Shown: positions 47,679 through 56,953, counted from the first letter of the stretch. The stretch: 64,000 bases of DNA from Oscillospiraceae bacterium (GCA_015065085.1 SVQW01000001.1:104258-168257), one strand, 5' to 3'. Notes: generated by a model from the letters alone, not told the origin. Numbers and translations: made by a program.

Positions 47679-49625
47679 ATGTCAGAAAAGAATAATACAG
47701 AAACTCAAACCAACACCGCACAAGAGATTTTTGAAGGCAAAAATAACAAAAAGCCAAAAAATCATAAGCGCCGTAGGCTCATAAGCGGTATTATCAGATG
47801 GCTTTCAGTGATTGTGTTAATTGCAGGCGTGTGCATATTCGTATGGAAGAATGATAAGGCATATTCGTTTGCTCAGAAATACATAAGCTTTTTGCCCGAG
47901 CGAAGTGCTGCGGTGCAGAGCACCTCGGGTTATACGGTGGCTCCCGCCGAACGCCGCACCATCAGTGTTACTCTTACAGGCACGGGAACACTTCAGCCAA
48001 TTGATTCATACACCATAACCGCTAAGGTTACGGGTGAGATAATGAGCGCAGATTTTGAAGAAATGGATATTGTTGAAAAGGATCAGGTGCTGTATACAAT
48101 AGATTCTGCCGATTTGCAAAGCGACATACGTGATTTTGCCGACAATGTGGAGGATGCACGCGAGGCACTTGACGAACTCATGGAAGACTATACAGACCTT
48201 GTGCTTTACAGTGACTACGGCGGTGTCTGTGAAGAGGTATATGTTGAAGAGGATGATACAGTTCAGAAAGGTGCAAAAATAGCTCATATAATTGACCGTG
48301 ATACAATGCTTCTCGAGGTTCCTTTCTTCGTACAGGATATTCCCGATATAAATGTGGGACAGTCGGCGGTTGTTACCGTCAATTCCGCTTCCGACAGCGT
48401 TATCGGTGTTGTTACAAAAATCGGCTCTCTCGAAACAGTAACTTCGGTTGGTGCAAAGCTCCGCACTGTTACTGTCAGTGTAAAAAACCCCGGAAGCATT
48501 ACTACTGCTACCACAGCCTATGCAATCGTAGGCGATATTGAATCCGCAGGAGAGGGCACATTTAAGTACAATGTAGATGAGGAAATAACTGCTGTATACA
48601 GTGGAGAAATAGAAACCCTTAACATTTCCGAGGGTGACAGAATTTCGGAAGGCTCGGTTATATTGAAAATTTCCTCCGAAAATCTCGATGACCAAAAAGA
48701 AAATCTGGAAAAACAGCTTGAAAAGGCTCAGGAAAACTATAACGATTACCTCGAAAAGCTTGAAGACTATACAATAACCGCTCCTATTGCGGGAACGGTT
48801 GTTCAGAAGAATTACAAGGCTTCCGACAATATTTCAAGCGGTACAGGCGGAAATTCCGCTTTGGCTATCATATACGATATGTCAAAGCTTAATTTTGAAA
48901 TGAATATTGATGAATTGGATCTTTCTCTCATCAAGGAGGGACAGGAGGTTAGCATAACCTCCGATTCATTTGATGAAACATATACGGGCTATGTTAAGAA
49001 AAAGAGTATTATCGGCTCCAGCTCCATGGGCACCACAACTTACCCGGTTACCATTGAGCTTGACGGAAACGATGTACTTTTGCCGGGTATGAACGTTAAT
49101 GCAACCATATATATTGAAAAGGTTGAAAATGCGCTTGCAGTACCCGTTGAAGCGATAATGCGAGGAAATAAGGTCAGGGTTCTGAAAAAAGATGCAGGAA
49201 ATGGTGCACCCGGTGATAAGATTCAGCAGGAAAAGGAAACGTTTGGTAAAGACGAAATGCCGCAGATGCCGGAAAAAATGGAAATTTCCGATATGTCGCA
49301 GTCAGATCGTGAAAAACTCCCGCAAAGACAGCAGGGCTTCGAGCGTCACAATGCTTTTGGAAACATGAACGTACAGGAAGGCGATTTTGATATCGTTGAG
49401 GTTGTTACCGGTGTGAGCGATGATGACTATGTTGAAATAGTTTCGGGACTTGAAGAAGGAGATATGGTTGTTATTCTGAACACCACAGTTGACTCAAGCG
49501 CCACTGTTACCGGCGGTATGATGGGCATGGGCTCAATGGGTGGTATGGGCTCAATGCCGTCGATGGGTGGAAACATGGGCGGAGGCTTTAACAGCGGAAA
49601 TATGGGAGGCAGAATGCCCAGATGA
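47679..49625 (+). CDS. HlyD/MacA-like periplasmic adaptor (membrane fusion) protein with a Gly/Met-rich C-tail
   Basis: One N-terminal TM, a coiled-coil segment (QKENLEKQLEKAQENYNDYLEKLED) and barrel-like domains (ITAPIAGTVV). The start is set at ATG 47679. Confidence 0.8.
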   Translation: MSEKNNTETQTNTAQEIFEGKNNKKPKNHKRRRLISGIIRWLSVIVLIAGVCIFVWKNDKAYSFAQKYISFLPERSAAVQSTSGYTVAPAERRTISVTLTGTGTLQPIDSYTITAKVTGEIMSADFEEMDIVEKDQVLYTIDSADLQSDIRDFADNVEDAREALDELMEDYTDLVLYSDYGGVCEEVYVEEDDTVQKGAKIAHIIDRDTMLLEVPFFVQDIPDINVGQSAVVTVNSASDSVIGVVTKIGSLETVTSVGAKLRTVTVSVKNPGSITTATTAYAIVGDIESAGEGTFKYNVDEEITAVYSGEIETLNISEGDRISEGSVILKISSENLDDQKENLEKQLEKAQENYNDYLEKLEDYTITAPIAGTVVQKNYKASDNISSGTGGNSALAIIYDMSKLNFEMNIDELDLSLIKEGQEVSITSDSFDETYTGYVKKKSIIGSSSMGTTTYPVTIELDGNDVLLPGMNVNATIYIEKVENALAVPVEAIMRGNKVRVLKKDAGNGAPGDKIQQEKETFGKDEMPQMPEKMEISDMSQSDREKLPQRQQGFERHNAFGNMNVQEGDFDIVEVVTGVSDDDYVEIVSGLEEGDMVVILNTTVDSSATVTGGMMGMGSMGGMGSMPSMGGNMGGGFNSGNMGGRMPR

Positions 49626-50362
49626 TAAGATTTGAACATATATCAAAAATATATGAAATGGGTGACACAGAGGTAAGAGCAGCAGATGACATATCTTTTC
49701 GAATCGGAAAAGGTGAATTTGTAGCCATCGTAGGCCAATCAGGCTCCGGAAAATCTACCTGTATGAATATTATAGGATGTCTTGATGTACCTACATTGGG
49801 CTCATATTACCTCAACGATGTCGATGTTTCCACTCTTAACGACAATAAGCTGGCGGACATAAGAAACAAAACACTGGGATTTATATTTCAACAGTATAAT
49901 CTGATACCCAAGCTCAATGTGCTTGAAAATGTGGAGCTTCCTTTGCTTTACAGCGGTATGCCCAAGTCACAAAGACGACGTATGGCAATGGAGGCACTCA
50001 AAAAGGTTGGGTTGGAGGAAAAAGCGAAAAACCTTCCGTCACAGCTTTCGGGTGGACAGCAGCAGAGAGTTTCCATAGCAAGAGCACTTGCGGGCAATCC
50101 GCCTGTTATACTTGCTGACGAGCCTACCGGTGCTCTGGATTCCCGAACGGGCAGGGAAGTGCTGGAATTTCTGCAGAAGCTTAACAGCGAGGGGAACACG
50201 GTTGTTCTTATTACCCATGATAATGATATAGCCCGTAAGGCACAGCGTATTATACGTCTTGCGGACGGCAAAGTGATATATGACGGGCCTTCCGACGGAG
50301 CGGGCGCGGTGGTAAATCCTGAGCTTTCTCACGAAGAACAGCATAAAGGAGGTAAAAAATGA
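49622..50362 (+). CDS. MacB/LolD-type ABC transporter ATP-binding protein
   Basis: GQSGSGKST, LSGGQQQRVSIARAL and ILADEPTGALD. It overlaps both neighbouring genes by 4 nt. Confidence 0.9.
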   Translation: MIRFEHISKIYEMGDTEVRAADDISFRIGKGEFVAIVGQSGSGKSTCMNIIGCLDVPTLGSYYLNDVDVSTLNDNKLADIRNKTLGFIFQQYNLIPKLNVLENVELPLLYSGMPKSQRRRMAMEALKKVGLEEKAKNLPSQLSGGQQQRVSIARALAGNPPVILADEPTGALDSRTGREVLEFLQKLNSEGNTVVLITHDNDIARKAQRIIRLADGKVIYDGPSDGAGAVVNPELSHEEQHKGGKK

Positions 50363-51534
50363 GCTTTTATCAATCTTTTTTGCTGGCTCTGAAAGGACTC
50401 AGTACCAGTAAAATGCGTGCTTTCCTCACTATGCTGGGCATAATTATAGGCGTTGCGGCGGTTATAATTATAACAGGGCTCGGCAACGGTATGCAAAACT
50501 ATATGACAGAGCAGTTTGAGGGAATGGGAACAAGAACTCTCAATATAAATCTTACCGGACGCGGCTCAAACCGTACTGTTTCTGTTGACAGGATGTATGA
50601 AATCGCCGAAGAAAACAATGAACTCGTCGCGTACATAAGTCCGAAGGTCAATGTTTCGGGCGCCGTACGTTGCAACAACGAAAATTTGTCAAGCTCTGTT
50701 ACGGGTGTGGGCGAGGACTATCTTAGTGTTAATGCCTGGACACTTGCTTCGGGCAGATTTTTGCAGTATTTCGATATTTCCGCGCGCAAAAAGGTGTGTG
50801 CGGTAGGCTCTTATTACCAATCTGCGGATGTTTTTGACGGTGCTGCACTCGGGAAAACACTTAAAATCAACGGAGAGTTGTACAATATTGTAGGTGTGAT
50901 TGAGGAAATAGCCGATTCCACCGAAAACAGCACGGATAATATGGTGCTTATACCGTACTCTAACGCTACCAAGTTTTCGAGAAACGCCACCATTTCTTCA
51001 TATGTTGCCGCAGCCACAAGTGATGACACTGTTATAGAGGCGCAGGAAAAAATCGAGGAAGCTCTTTACGAGGTCTTTCTTAATGATGACTTGTATACCG
51101 TTTTTTCCATGACTGAAATACTTGGCATAGTTAATGAAATTATGGATATAGTTGTAGGTATTTTAGCCGGAATCGCAGGAATATCTCTTGCGGTGGGCGG
51201 AATAGGCATTATGAACATAATGCTTGTGTCCGTTACCGAAAGAACCCGTGAAATAGGAATCCGAAAGGCGTTGGGCGCCAAGCAACGTGATATAAAGAGC
51301 CAGTTTATAATTGAGGCAGGTACCACAAGCGCCATCGGAGGCATACTCGGGATAATTGTGGGAATATCAATTGCCGGCGTCATAGGACCCATGTTTGATA
51401 TTACTGCTGTTCCTAAGGTGGATTCGGTAATGCTTGCTTTCGGAATTTCAGTTGGTATAGGAATAATATTCGGCTTTTTGCCTGCCAATAAAGCCGCAAA
51501 GCTTAATCCTATTGATGCACTCAGACACGATTAG
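50359..51534 (+). CDS. FtsX/MacB-type ABC transporter permease
   Basis: N-terminal TM, a large extracytoplasmic MacB_PCD-like domain and a C-terminal FtsX block (ERTREIGIRKALGAK). Confidence 0.9.
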   Translation: MSFYQSFLLALKGLSTSKMRAFLTMLGIIIGVAAVIIITGLGNGMQNYMTEQFEGMGTRTLNINLTGRGSNRTVSVDRMYEIAEENNELVAYISPKVNVSGAVRCNNENLSSSVTGVGEDYLSVNAWTLASGRFLQYFDISARKKVCAVGSYYQSADVFDGAALGKTLKINGELYNIVGVIEEIADSTENSTDNMVLIPYSNATKFSRNATISSYVAAATSDDTVIEAQEKIEEALYEVFLNDDLYTVFSMTEILGIVNEIMDIVVGILAGIAGISLAVGGIGIMNIMLVSVTERTREIGIRKALGAKQRDIKSQFIIEAGTTSAIGGILGIIVGISIAGVIGPMFDITAVPKVDSVMLAFGISVGIGIIFGFLPANKAAKLNPIDALRHD

Positions 51535-51546
51535 AAAGGAAAAAGT

Positions 51547-54267
51547 ATGAAAAAACTTATTTTACTTTTGCTGTCTTTTTCTCTGATTTTCACTGCCATG
51601 GTTCACGCCCGTGAAAACGCTGATATTGACAAGATAACTGATGTTATCCGTCTTCTGGAGATAATGCACGGCGATGAAAACGGAGAACTTAACCTGAGCG
51701 ACAATGTTACACGTGCGGAGTTTGTAAAGATGGCTATTTGTGCCTCAAGCTACAAAAGTGCTGCCGATACAGCGCCAAAGAATACGCTATTCCCCGATGT
51801 GAGAAGTAATCACTGGGCAACTCGCTATGTGGGACTTGCTATTTCAAACGGATGGATCAACGGCTATCTTGACGGCACCTTTCGCCCCGACAACAATGTA
51901 AAGCTGGAGGAAGCCGTAAATATCGTACTCAAAATACTCGGCTATACCGAAAAAGAGCTTGTGGGAGCATACCCCACACCGCAGATGTCGAACTACAAAT
52001 CCCTGAAGCTGGATAAAAATATCAATGCCGTTCAGGGGGAATTTCTCACGCGTGAGGAATGTATGCTCCTTATATATAATATGCTCAATACCGAGAATAA
52101 AAACGGTACCATTCATGCGCAGGCTCTCGGATACGCTCTTGATTCCAATGACGAAATAGACTACCTTGCCGTCGTTGAGAAAAATACCGACGGACCTTTG
52201 CTTGTCACTGACAAAAACTGGCTTGATATAACCGGCATTGCAGCTGAAAAGGCTGAAATATGGCGTGACGGCAGACAAACATCTTTTGGGGATGTTCAGC
52301 AGTATGACGTTGTTTATTATTCGAAACTGATAAATACCGTGTGGGCGTACAGTGATAAGGAGTTCGGTGTGCTTCAGAGCGTTTCTTCCGTGGCTTCTCC
52401 CAACACCGTGACGCTTTCCGGTAAAACATATACCCTCGGGAATTCCGATGTGAAATACAAATTCTCTTCTATGGGTACCTTTGCAAAAGATGATATCGTC
52501 GTGGTGCTTTTGGGTGATAACGGCCAGGTTGAATATGCTTACGATGCGCACGAAATTGATTACCGCCTGTTTGTCGAGGACGAAACGGACTATGTTCTGC
52601 TGACTCAATACTCTCTTGAAGATCCTTTTGTAGTTGAGGATGAATTAAGTTGGAAGGACAACATACCGTTTGATGTGTCGGGTGCAATGATATATAAAAA
52701 CGGCAATGCTTCAAGTGCTGATAAAATACAGAAATATGATGTAGTCTACTCCTCGAAGCTTATGAATACCGTCTGGTGCTATGACACAAAAAAGAGCGGA
52801 ATAGTAAACGGAGTTTCTCCCACAAAGTCAGCTCCGTCATCCGTTAATCTTTCGGGCACAAATTACAGCATTGCTTCCGACAGTGTTGCTTTCAGCTTGT
52901 CCGAACTTGGTACTGTTTCCGAAGGTGATGTGGTAACGCTGCTTTTGGGCCGCGATAATCTTGTGGAGGGTATTATTACTGCCGATGCCTCTGACAGTTC
53001 CATGTATATTCAGGGTGATTTGGACTATCAGCAGATAGTTAACGCATCCATCGAAGGGCCGTACATTGTCAACGGAACAAGCTATAAAGACGAGATCGAT
53101 TTTGAACTTGACAGCGCTTCAATTTACCGTAACGATGAAGCATCAAATGCCGATGCTATCCGTGAATGGGACGTTTACTACTACTCCAAACCCTTGAAAA
53201 CCGTGTGGGTTTATTCAAAAAAGGTAAGCGGAAGATATGAAGCAGCTTCTCCCGATAAATCGGCACCAAGCTCTGTTGTGGTCTCGGGCAAGAGTTATTT
53301 AATTGAGAACACCTCCGTATCTCATAAGCTTTCGTCAGCAGGCGAATACGCAATTGGTGACAATGTCACACTTCTTCTTGGTAAAAGCGGAGGTATTGCA
53401 GGTGTCGTGAGCGCGGACGAGGTTTCCGATGAGGTTATCGGATTTATCACGGATTTCTACACAAAGGACTATACTACCGCTTACGGCGGTACATATACTT
53501 CAAATTGTATATCCGTAACCGACTTTGACGGCAATACTATGGAATTCCCTACAACGCTTTCTTATACTTCCAAGGGTAAGATGGTATCCGTGAAGGTGAC
53601 ATCCTCTGGTACAAAAATATCCGTTATTGCCAAGACCTATACTTCTGTAAAAGACCTTGAAAAAGCCATGGCGGAGAATAAGTATGCCGACGGTGCAAAG
53701 GTGGCTGATAAGTGCGGCTCGGCAGTTATTCCCGTTTACACCGAAAGACTTGCCGGCTGTAAGGTGACATCGGATGATGTTATTTACTATAAGCTTAACG
53801 CCGAGGGTGAGATAGAAATACTGCTTCTGAATGATTATACCGGTGACAGTCATACATATGTTATAATGGAAAAGGCAATCGAAACCGTTACAAACCGCGG
53901 TGTCACGGGAACCTATGAATACGTTGGTCCGGACGGTACAAAACGTCTTATCACTGACACTGTTTTCGGCATTGAGAGCGGAATTGCATCAATAGAAAAT
54001 GACGGTGCATATGTCACCGATATGCGCAATCTCAAAATCGGTGTGAACCTTGATGCCGTAGGACAACTCACGGCTCTTTCTGACGGATTGACCTATGCTG
54101 TGTGGGATAAAGTTGCGATATACGAATACAAGGATGCCGATTACCGTGCAATAACGGTTTCTGATATTGAGAACAGTGATGATTACGCTCTTATCGGATG
54201 GCTTGATAAACGTCCCGACCGTGGCGGTCTTATAAGAATTATTATAGCAACTCCTCTTGCAAAATAA
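51547..54267 (+). CDS. Secreted SLH-domain protein with three ~144-aa internal repeats
   Basis: Signal peptide MKKLILLLLSFSLIFTAMVHA. SLH repeats (VTRAEFVKMAI, HWATRYVGLAISNGWINGYLDGTFRP). The repeats are described under findings. The gene starts 12 nt after the permease gene. Confidence 0.8.
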   Translation: MKKLILLLLSFSLIFTAMVHARENADIDKITDVIRLLEIMHGDENGELNLSDNVTRAEFVKMAICASSYKSAADTAPKNTLFPDVRSNHWATRYVGLAISNGWINGYLDGTFRPDNNVKLEEAVNIVLKILGYTEKELVGAYPTPQMSNYKSLKLDKNINAVQGEFLTREECMLLIYNMLNTENKNGTIHAQALGYALDSNDEIDYLAVVEKNTDGPLLVTDKNWLDITGIAAEKAEIWRDGRQTSFGDVQQYDVVYYSKLINTVWAYSDKEFGVLQSVSSVASPNTVTLSGKTYTLGNSDVKYKFSSMGTFAKDDIVVVLLGDNGQVEYAYDAHEIDYRLFVEDETDYVLLTQYSLEDPFVVEDELSWKDNIPFDVSGAMIYKNGNASSADKIQKYDVVYSSKLMNTVWCYDTKKSGIVNGVSPTKSAPSSVNLSGTNYSIASDSVAFSLSELGTVSEGDVVTLLLGRDNLVEGIITADASDSSMYIQGDLDYQQIVNASIEGPYIVNGTSYKDEIDFELDSASIYRNDEASNADAIREWDVYYYSKPLKTVWVYSKKVSGRYEAASPDKSAPSSVVVSGKSYLIENTSVSHKLSSAGEYAIGDNVTLLLGKSGGIAGVVSADEVSDEVIGFITDFYTKDYTTAYGGTYTSNCISVTDFDGNTMEFPTTLSYTSKGKMVSVKVTSSGTKISVIAKTYTSVKDLEKAMAENKYADGAKVADKCGSAVIPVYTERLAGCKVTSDDVIYYKLNAEGEIEILLLNDYTGDSHTYVIMEKAIETVTNRGVTGTYEYVGPDGTKRLITDTVFGIESGIASIENDGAYVTDMRNLKIGVNLDAVGQLTALSDGLTYAVWDKVAIYEYKDADYRAITVSDIENSDDYALIGWLDKRPDRGGLIRIIIATPLAK

Positions 54268-54392
54268 AACTAAAACAAAACACCGTGCCATGGCATGGTG
54301 TTTTGCAGTTTTTTTGCATATTTAATAGAATGTATTGACAAAAATATTTAAAAGATATATAATGCACTTAAAGTTATTTTTGGAGGTATACC

Positions 54393-55295
54393 ATGTTTAT
54401 AGATATTCATTCTCATTGTTATCGTAAACCCCATCATTTTCCCTGTATTCCTTCTTTTTCAACACCGGAAGAGCTAATCAAGGAGTACGATGCCCTCGGT
54501 ATTGATAAGGCCGTTCTTATGCCGGTGGTTAATAACGAGATATACTTGCCTCAGAGCAATGAAGAAATACTGGAAATATGCGCAGAATATCCCGACAGAT
54601 TTATACCTTTCTGCAATCTTGACCCACGCGCCCTCACCAACAGCCCCGATGCACCGCTTGATGTAGTGCTGCAATACTATAAGGATAACGGCTGTAAGGG
54701 AGTGGGCGAGGTAATGCCCAATATGGAACTTATGGATCCGATGGTTCAGAACCTTTTTGCATGTGCTGAAAAGGTCGGACTTCCCATTACATACGATGGC
54801 TCGGATCAAAAGACTAATGACTTCGGTCTTTATGATGACCCCGGACTTCCTCAGCTTGAACACACACTTCAGCGCTATCCAAAGCTTAAAATATTTGGTC
54901 ACGGTCCTGTTTTCTGGGCTGAAATCGCCCGTCTTGAAACTCCCGGTGAACGTGCATATGTGTGGACACGCAGCGGTGATATGGTAGGTAAACTTAATCG
55001 CGGAAAGATAAAAGAAGAGGGTGTAGTACCCAAACTTCTCCGCCGTTATCCCAATCTCCTTTGCGACCTTTCGGACGGCACCTGCTATAACGCCCTTACC
55101 AGAGATGAGGAGTTTACCTTCAAATTCATAGAAGAGTTTGCTGACAGAATGTTCTTCGGAACCGATATGTGCTTCCCCGGAATGAATGCGCCTCTTGCCA
55201 ATACTTTGCGCACCTGGTATAAAGACGGCAAGATCTCCAAGGACAGCTTTGACAAAATTACTCACAAAAATGCAATCGAACTTTTGGAACTGTAA
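54393..55295 (+). CDS. TIM-barrel metal-dependent amidohydrolase family protein
   Basis: MFIDIHSHCY at the N-terminus (HxH metal motif). TTGACA-17-TATAAT promoter upstream (54337-54365). Confidence 0.7.
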   Translation: MFIDIHSHCYRKPHHFPCIPSFSTPEELIKEYDALGIDKAVLMPVVNNEIYLPQSNEEILEICAEYPDRFIPFCNLDPRALTNSPDAPLDVVLQYYKDNGCKGVGEVMPNMELMDPMVQNLFACAEKVGLPITYDGSDQKTNDFGLYDDPGLPQLEHTLQRYPKLKIFGHGPVFWAEIARLETPGERAYVWTRSGDMVGKLNRGKIKEEGVVPKLLRRYPNLLCDLSDGTCYNALTRDEEFTFKFIEEFADRMFFGTDMCFPGMNAPLANTLRTWYKDGKISKDSFDKITHKNAIELLEL

Positions 55296-55308
55296 TAAAT
55301 AGCCTTCA

Positions 55309-55345
55309 AAAGCCTCATTATACTCCGGTATAATGAGGCTTTGTG
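55309..55345 (+). terminator. Terminator of the amidohydrolase gene
   Basis: AAAGCCTCATTATAC-tccg-GTATAATGAGGCTTT followed by GTGTT. Confidence 0.7.
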
Positions 55346-55374
55346 TTGACAAAACAAATATAATGTTGTAAAAT
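55346..55374 (+). promoter_or_regulatory. Promoter of the Card1-like gene
   Basis: TTGACA (55346-55351), a 17-nt spacer, then TAAAAT (55369-55374) preceded by TG. It overlaps the tracked ATG at 55373, which argues for the downstream start. Confidence 0.5.
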
Positions 55375-55408
55375 GTACGTATACATTTTTTCGGATTGGA
55401 ATACATAT

Positions 55409-56647
55409 ATGGTACTGATTGAATTTTTTGATAAAGAGCCCATGAATAATATGATAGGCTGTCTCAGCCTTCGCCCTCAAAAGGTATATTTTGTGGGCGG
55501 AGATGCAAGAAGAATAAAAAAACAGCTTCCTAAATATTCTGAATTTTTGTCACGGCGCGGCATTGATACACAGTTTTATGTAAAATGCGCAGCCAAGAAT
55601 AATATGGGTGCAATGCTTTCTGTTCTTGAAAAGATAGTTGAAGCTGAACAGGAATGCTGTTTTGACCTTACGGGAGGCGGCGACGTTGCGCTTGTTGCAG
55701 TAGGTGTTATATACGAAAGATACCGTGACAGCAGAGATTTGACCTTGCACAGGTATAATATCAGCACTCACAGCGTAGGGCTGTTTGAAACAGATGACGG
55801 CGAAATACCACAGTTAAACACTTCCATGCCGAGCATTACCATCGAAGAAAGTGTTTCGCTTCACGGTGGTGCAGTATGTATGGCGCAGGAAAACGGCAGA
55901 CGATGCGACGGATGGGATTTTAACGATGAATTTATCTGTGATGTGGACACTTTGTGGAATATTTCCAAAAAGTCACCCTCGTCATGGAATTCGGCAGTGG
56001 GGGCTCTGTCGGCACTGGAGGCGGCAAAATTGCCGAAAAGCTCAAACGGCTTGATAAAAGCGGACGTTACTATAAATAAAAGCGCCTCGCAGGCAGTTTC
56101 GTTGCTGGAGGCTTTGGCTGAATATGGTTTGATACACGAATTTGAAAAAGACGGTACCACTGTCTCTTACCGCTACAAGAACAGTCAAATTAAAAAATGC
56201 CTTTCAAAAGCGGGAAATGTTCTGGAACTGAAAACACTTATTTTGGCGCGCCGCCTGAAAAATTCCGACGGCAGCAACTATTATACAGATTCCGCCATGC
56301 AGGTGTGCATTGATTGGGATGGCAATGTAAACCAATCCGGGGACGGCAAACGTGATACGGAAAACGAAATTGATGTGGTATTCATGAAAAACCTTGTACC
56401 TGTTTTTGTTTCCTGCAAAAACGGCTCGGTGGGTGATGATGAGCTTTATAAGCTTAATACCGTAGCTCTCCGATTCGGAGGCTCATATGTCAAAAAGGTG
56501 CTTGTGGCTACGCATCTGGGCAAACAGGGTGAGGCAGCAAAGTATTTCCGTCAGCGTGCACAGGATATGAATATATGCCTTATTGATAACGTCCACCTTA
56601 TAAAGGAAGAAAACTTTGAACAAAAACTTATGAATATTGTGATGTGA
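55409..56647 (+). CDS. CARF-domain plus PD-(D/E)xK nuclease-fold protein (DUF1887 / Card1-Can2-like)
   Basis: N-terminal Rossmann-like VYFVGG...CFDLTGGGDVALVAVGV (CARF-like TGG motif), a central wHTH-like segment, and the C-terminal GNVLELKT...ENEIDVVFMKNLVPVFVSCKNG restriction-endonuclease-like core. Confidence 0.6.
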   Translation: MVLIEFFDKEPMNNMIGCLSLRPQKVYFVGGDARRIKKQLPKYSEFLSRRGIDTQFYVKCAAKNNMGAMLSVLEKIVEAEQECCFDLTGGGDVALVAVGVIYERYRDSRDLTLHRYNISTHSVGLFETDDGEIPQLNTSMPSITIEESVSLHGGAVCMAQENGRRCDGWDFNDEFICDVDTLWNISKKSPSSWNSAVGALSALEAAKLPKSSNGLIKADVTINKSASQAVSLLEALAEYGLIHEFEKDGTTVSYRYKNSQIKKCLSKAGNVLELKTLILARRLKNSDGSNYYTDSAMQVCIDWDGNVNQSGDGKRDTENEIDVVFMKNLVPVFVSCKNGSVGDDELYKLNTVALRFGGSYVKKVLVATHLGKQGEAAKYFRQRAQDMNICLIDNVHLIKEENFEQKLMNIVM

Positions 56648-56648
56648 A

Positions 56649-56679
56649 AAATGTGCTGAACACAAGTTCAGCACATTTT
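56649..56679. repeat. 31-nt hairpin repeat, copy 1 (also the terminator of the Card1-like gene)
   Basis: AAATGTGCTGAAC-acaa-GTTCAGCACATTTT, identical to 56915-56945. Confidence 0.9.
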
Positions 56680-56760
56680 CGGACTGTCGAGAAAGTCGTG
56701 ATACCGCGACTTAAAAAAATTACATTTCAAAAAGACGAAAATAAATCGAAAAATAATTTA

Positions 56761-56800
56761 ACAGCAGGTGATGCATCGAATATCACCTGCTGTTTGTCGC
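56761..56800 (+). terminator. Internal hairpin with T-tract inside the hairpin-bracketed segment
   Basis: CAGCAGGTGAT-gcatcgaa-TATCACCTGCTG followed by TTTGTCGCTTTTTG. Confidence 0.5.
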
Positions 56801-56914
56801 TTTTTGTCGCTTCAAGCCCTATCGTACCTTTGTACGCCGACGGGCTTTAATCGGCAAAATATCCCTGACTTTTCGAAAGTCTCACAGTGTGCCGATAGGG
56901 TTATCGACACACTG

Positions 56915-56945
56915 AAATGTGCTGAACACAAGTTCAGCACATTTT
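56915..56945. repeat. 31-nt hairpin repeat, copy 2 (also the terminator of the convergent 120-aa gene)
   Basis: Exact direct copy of 56649-56679, in the same loop orientation. Confidence 0.9.
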
Positions 56946-56953
56946 AACTCATA

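Noticed and set aside
56644-56850. A 68-aa ORF in the hairpin-bracketed intergenic segment.
   Set aside because: It begins inside the stop codon and terminator of the upstream gene, has no RBS, and reads straight through three hairpins. It is more likely non-coding.
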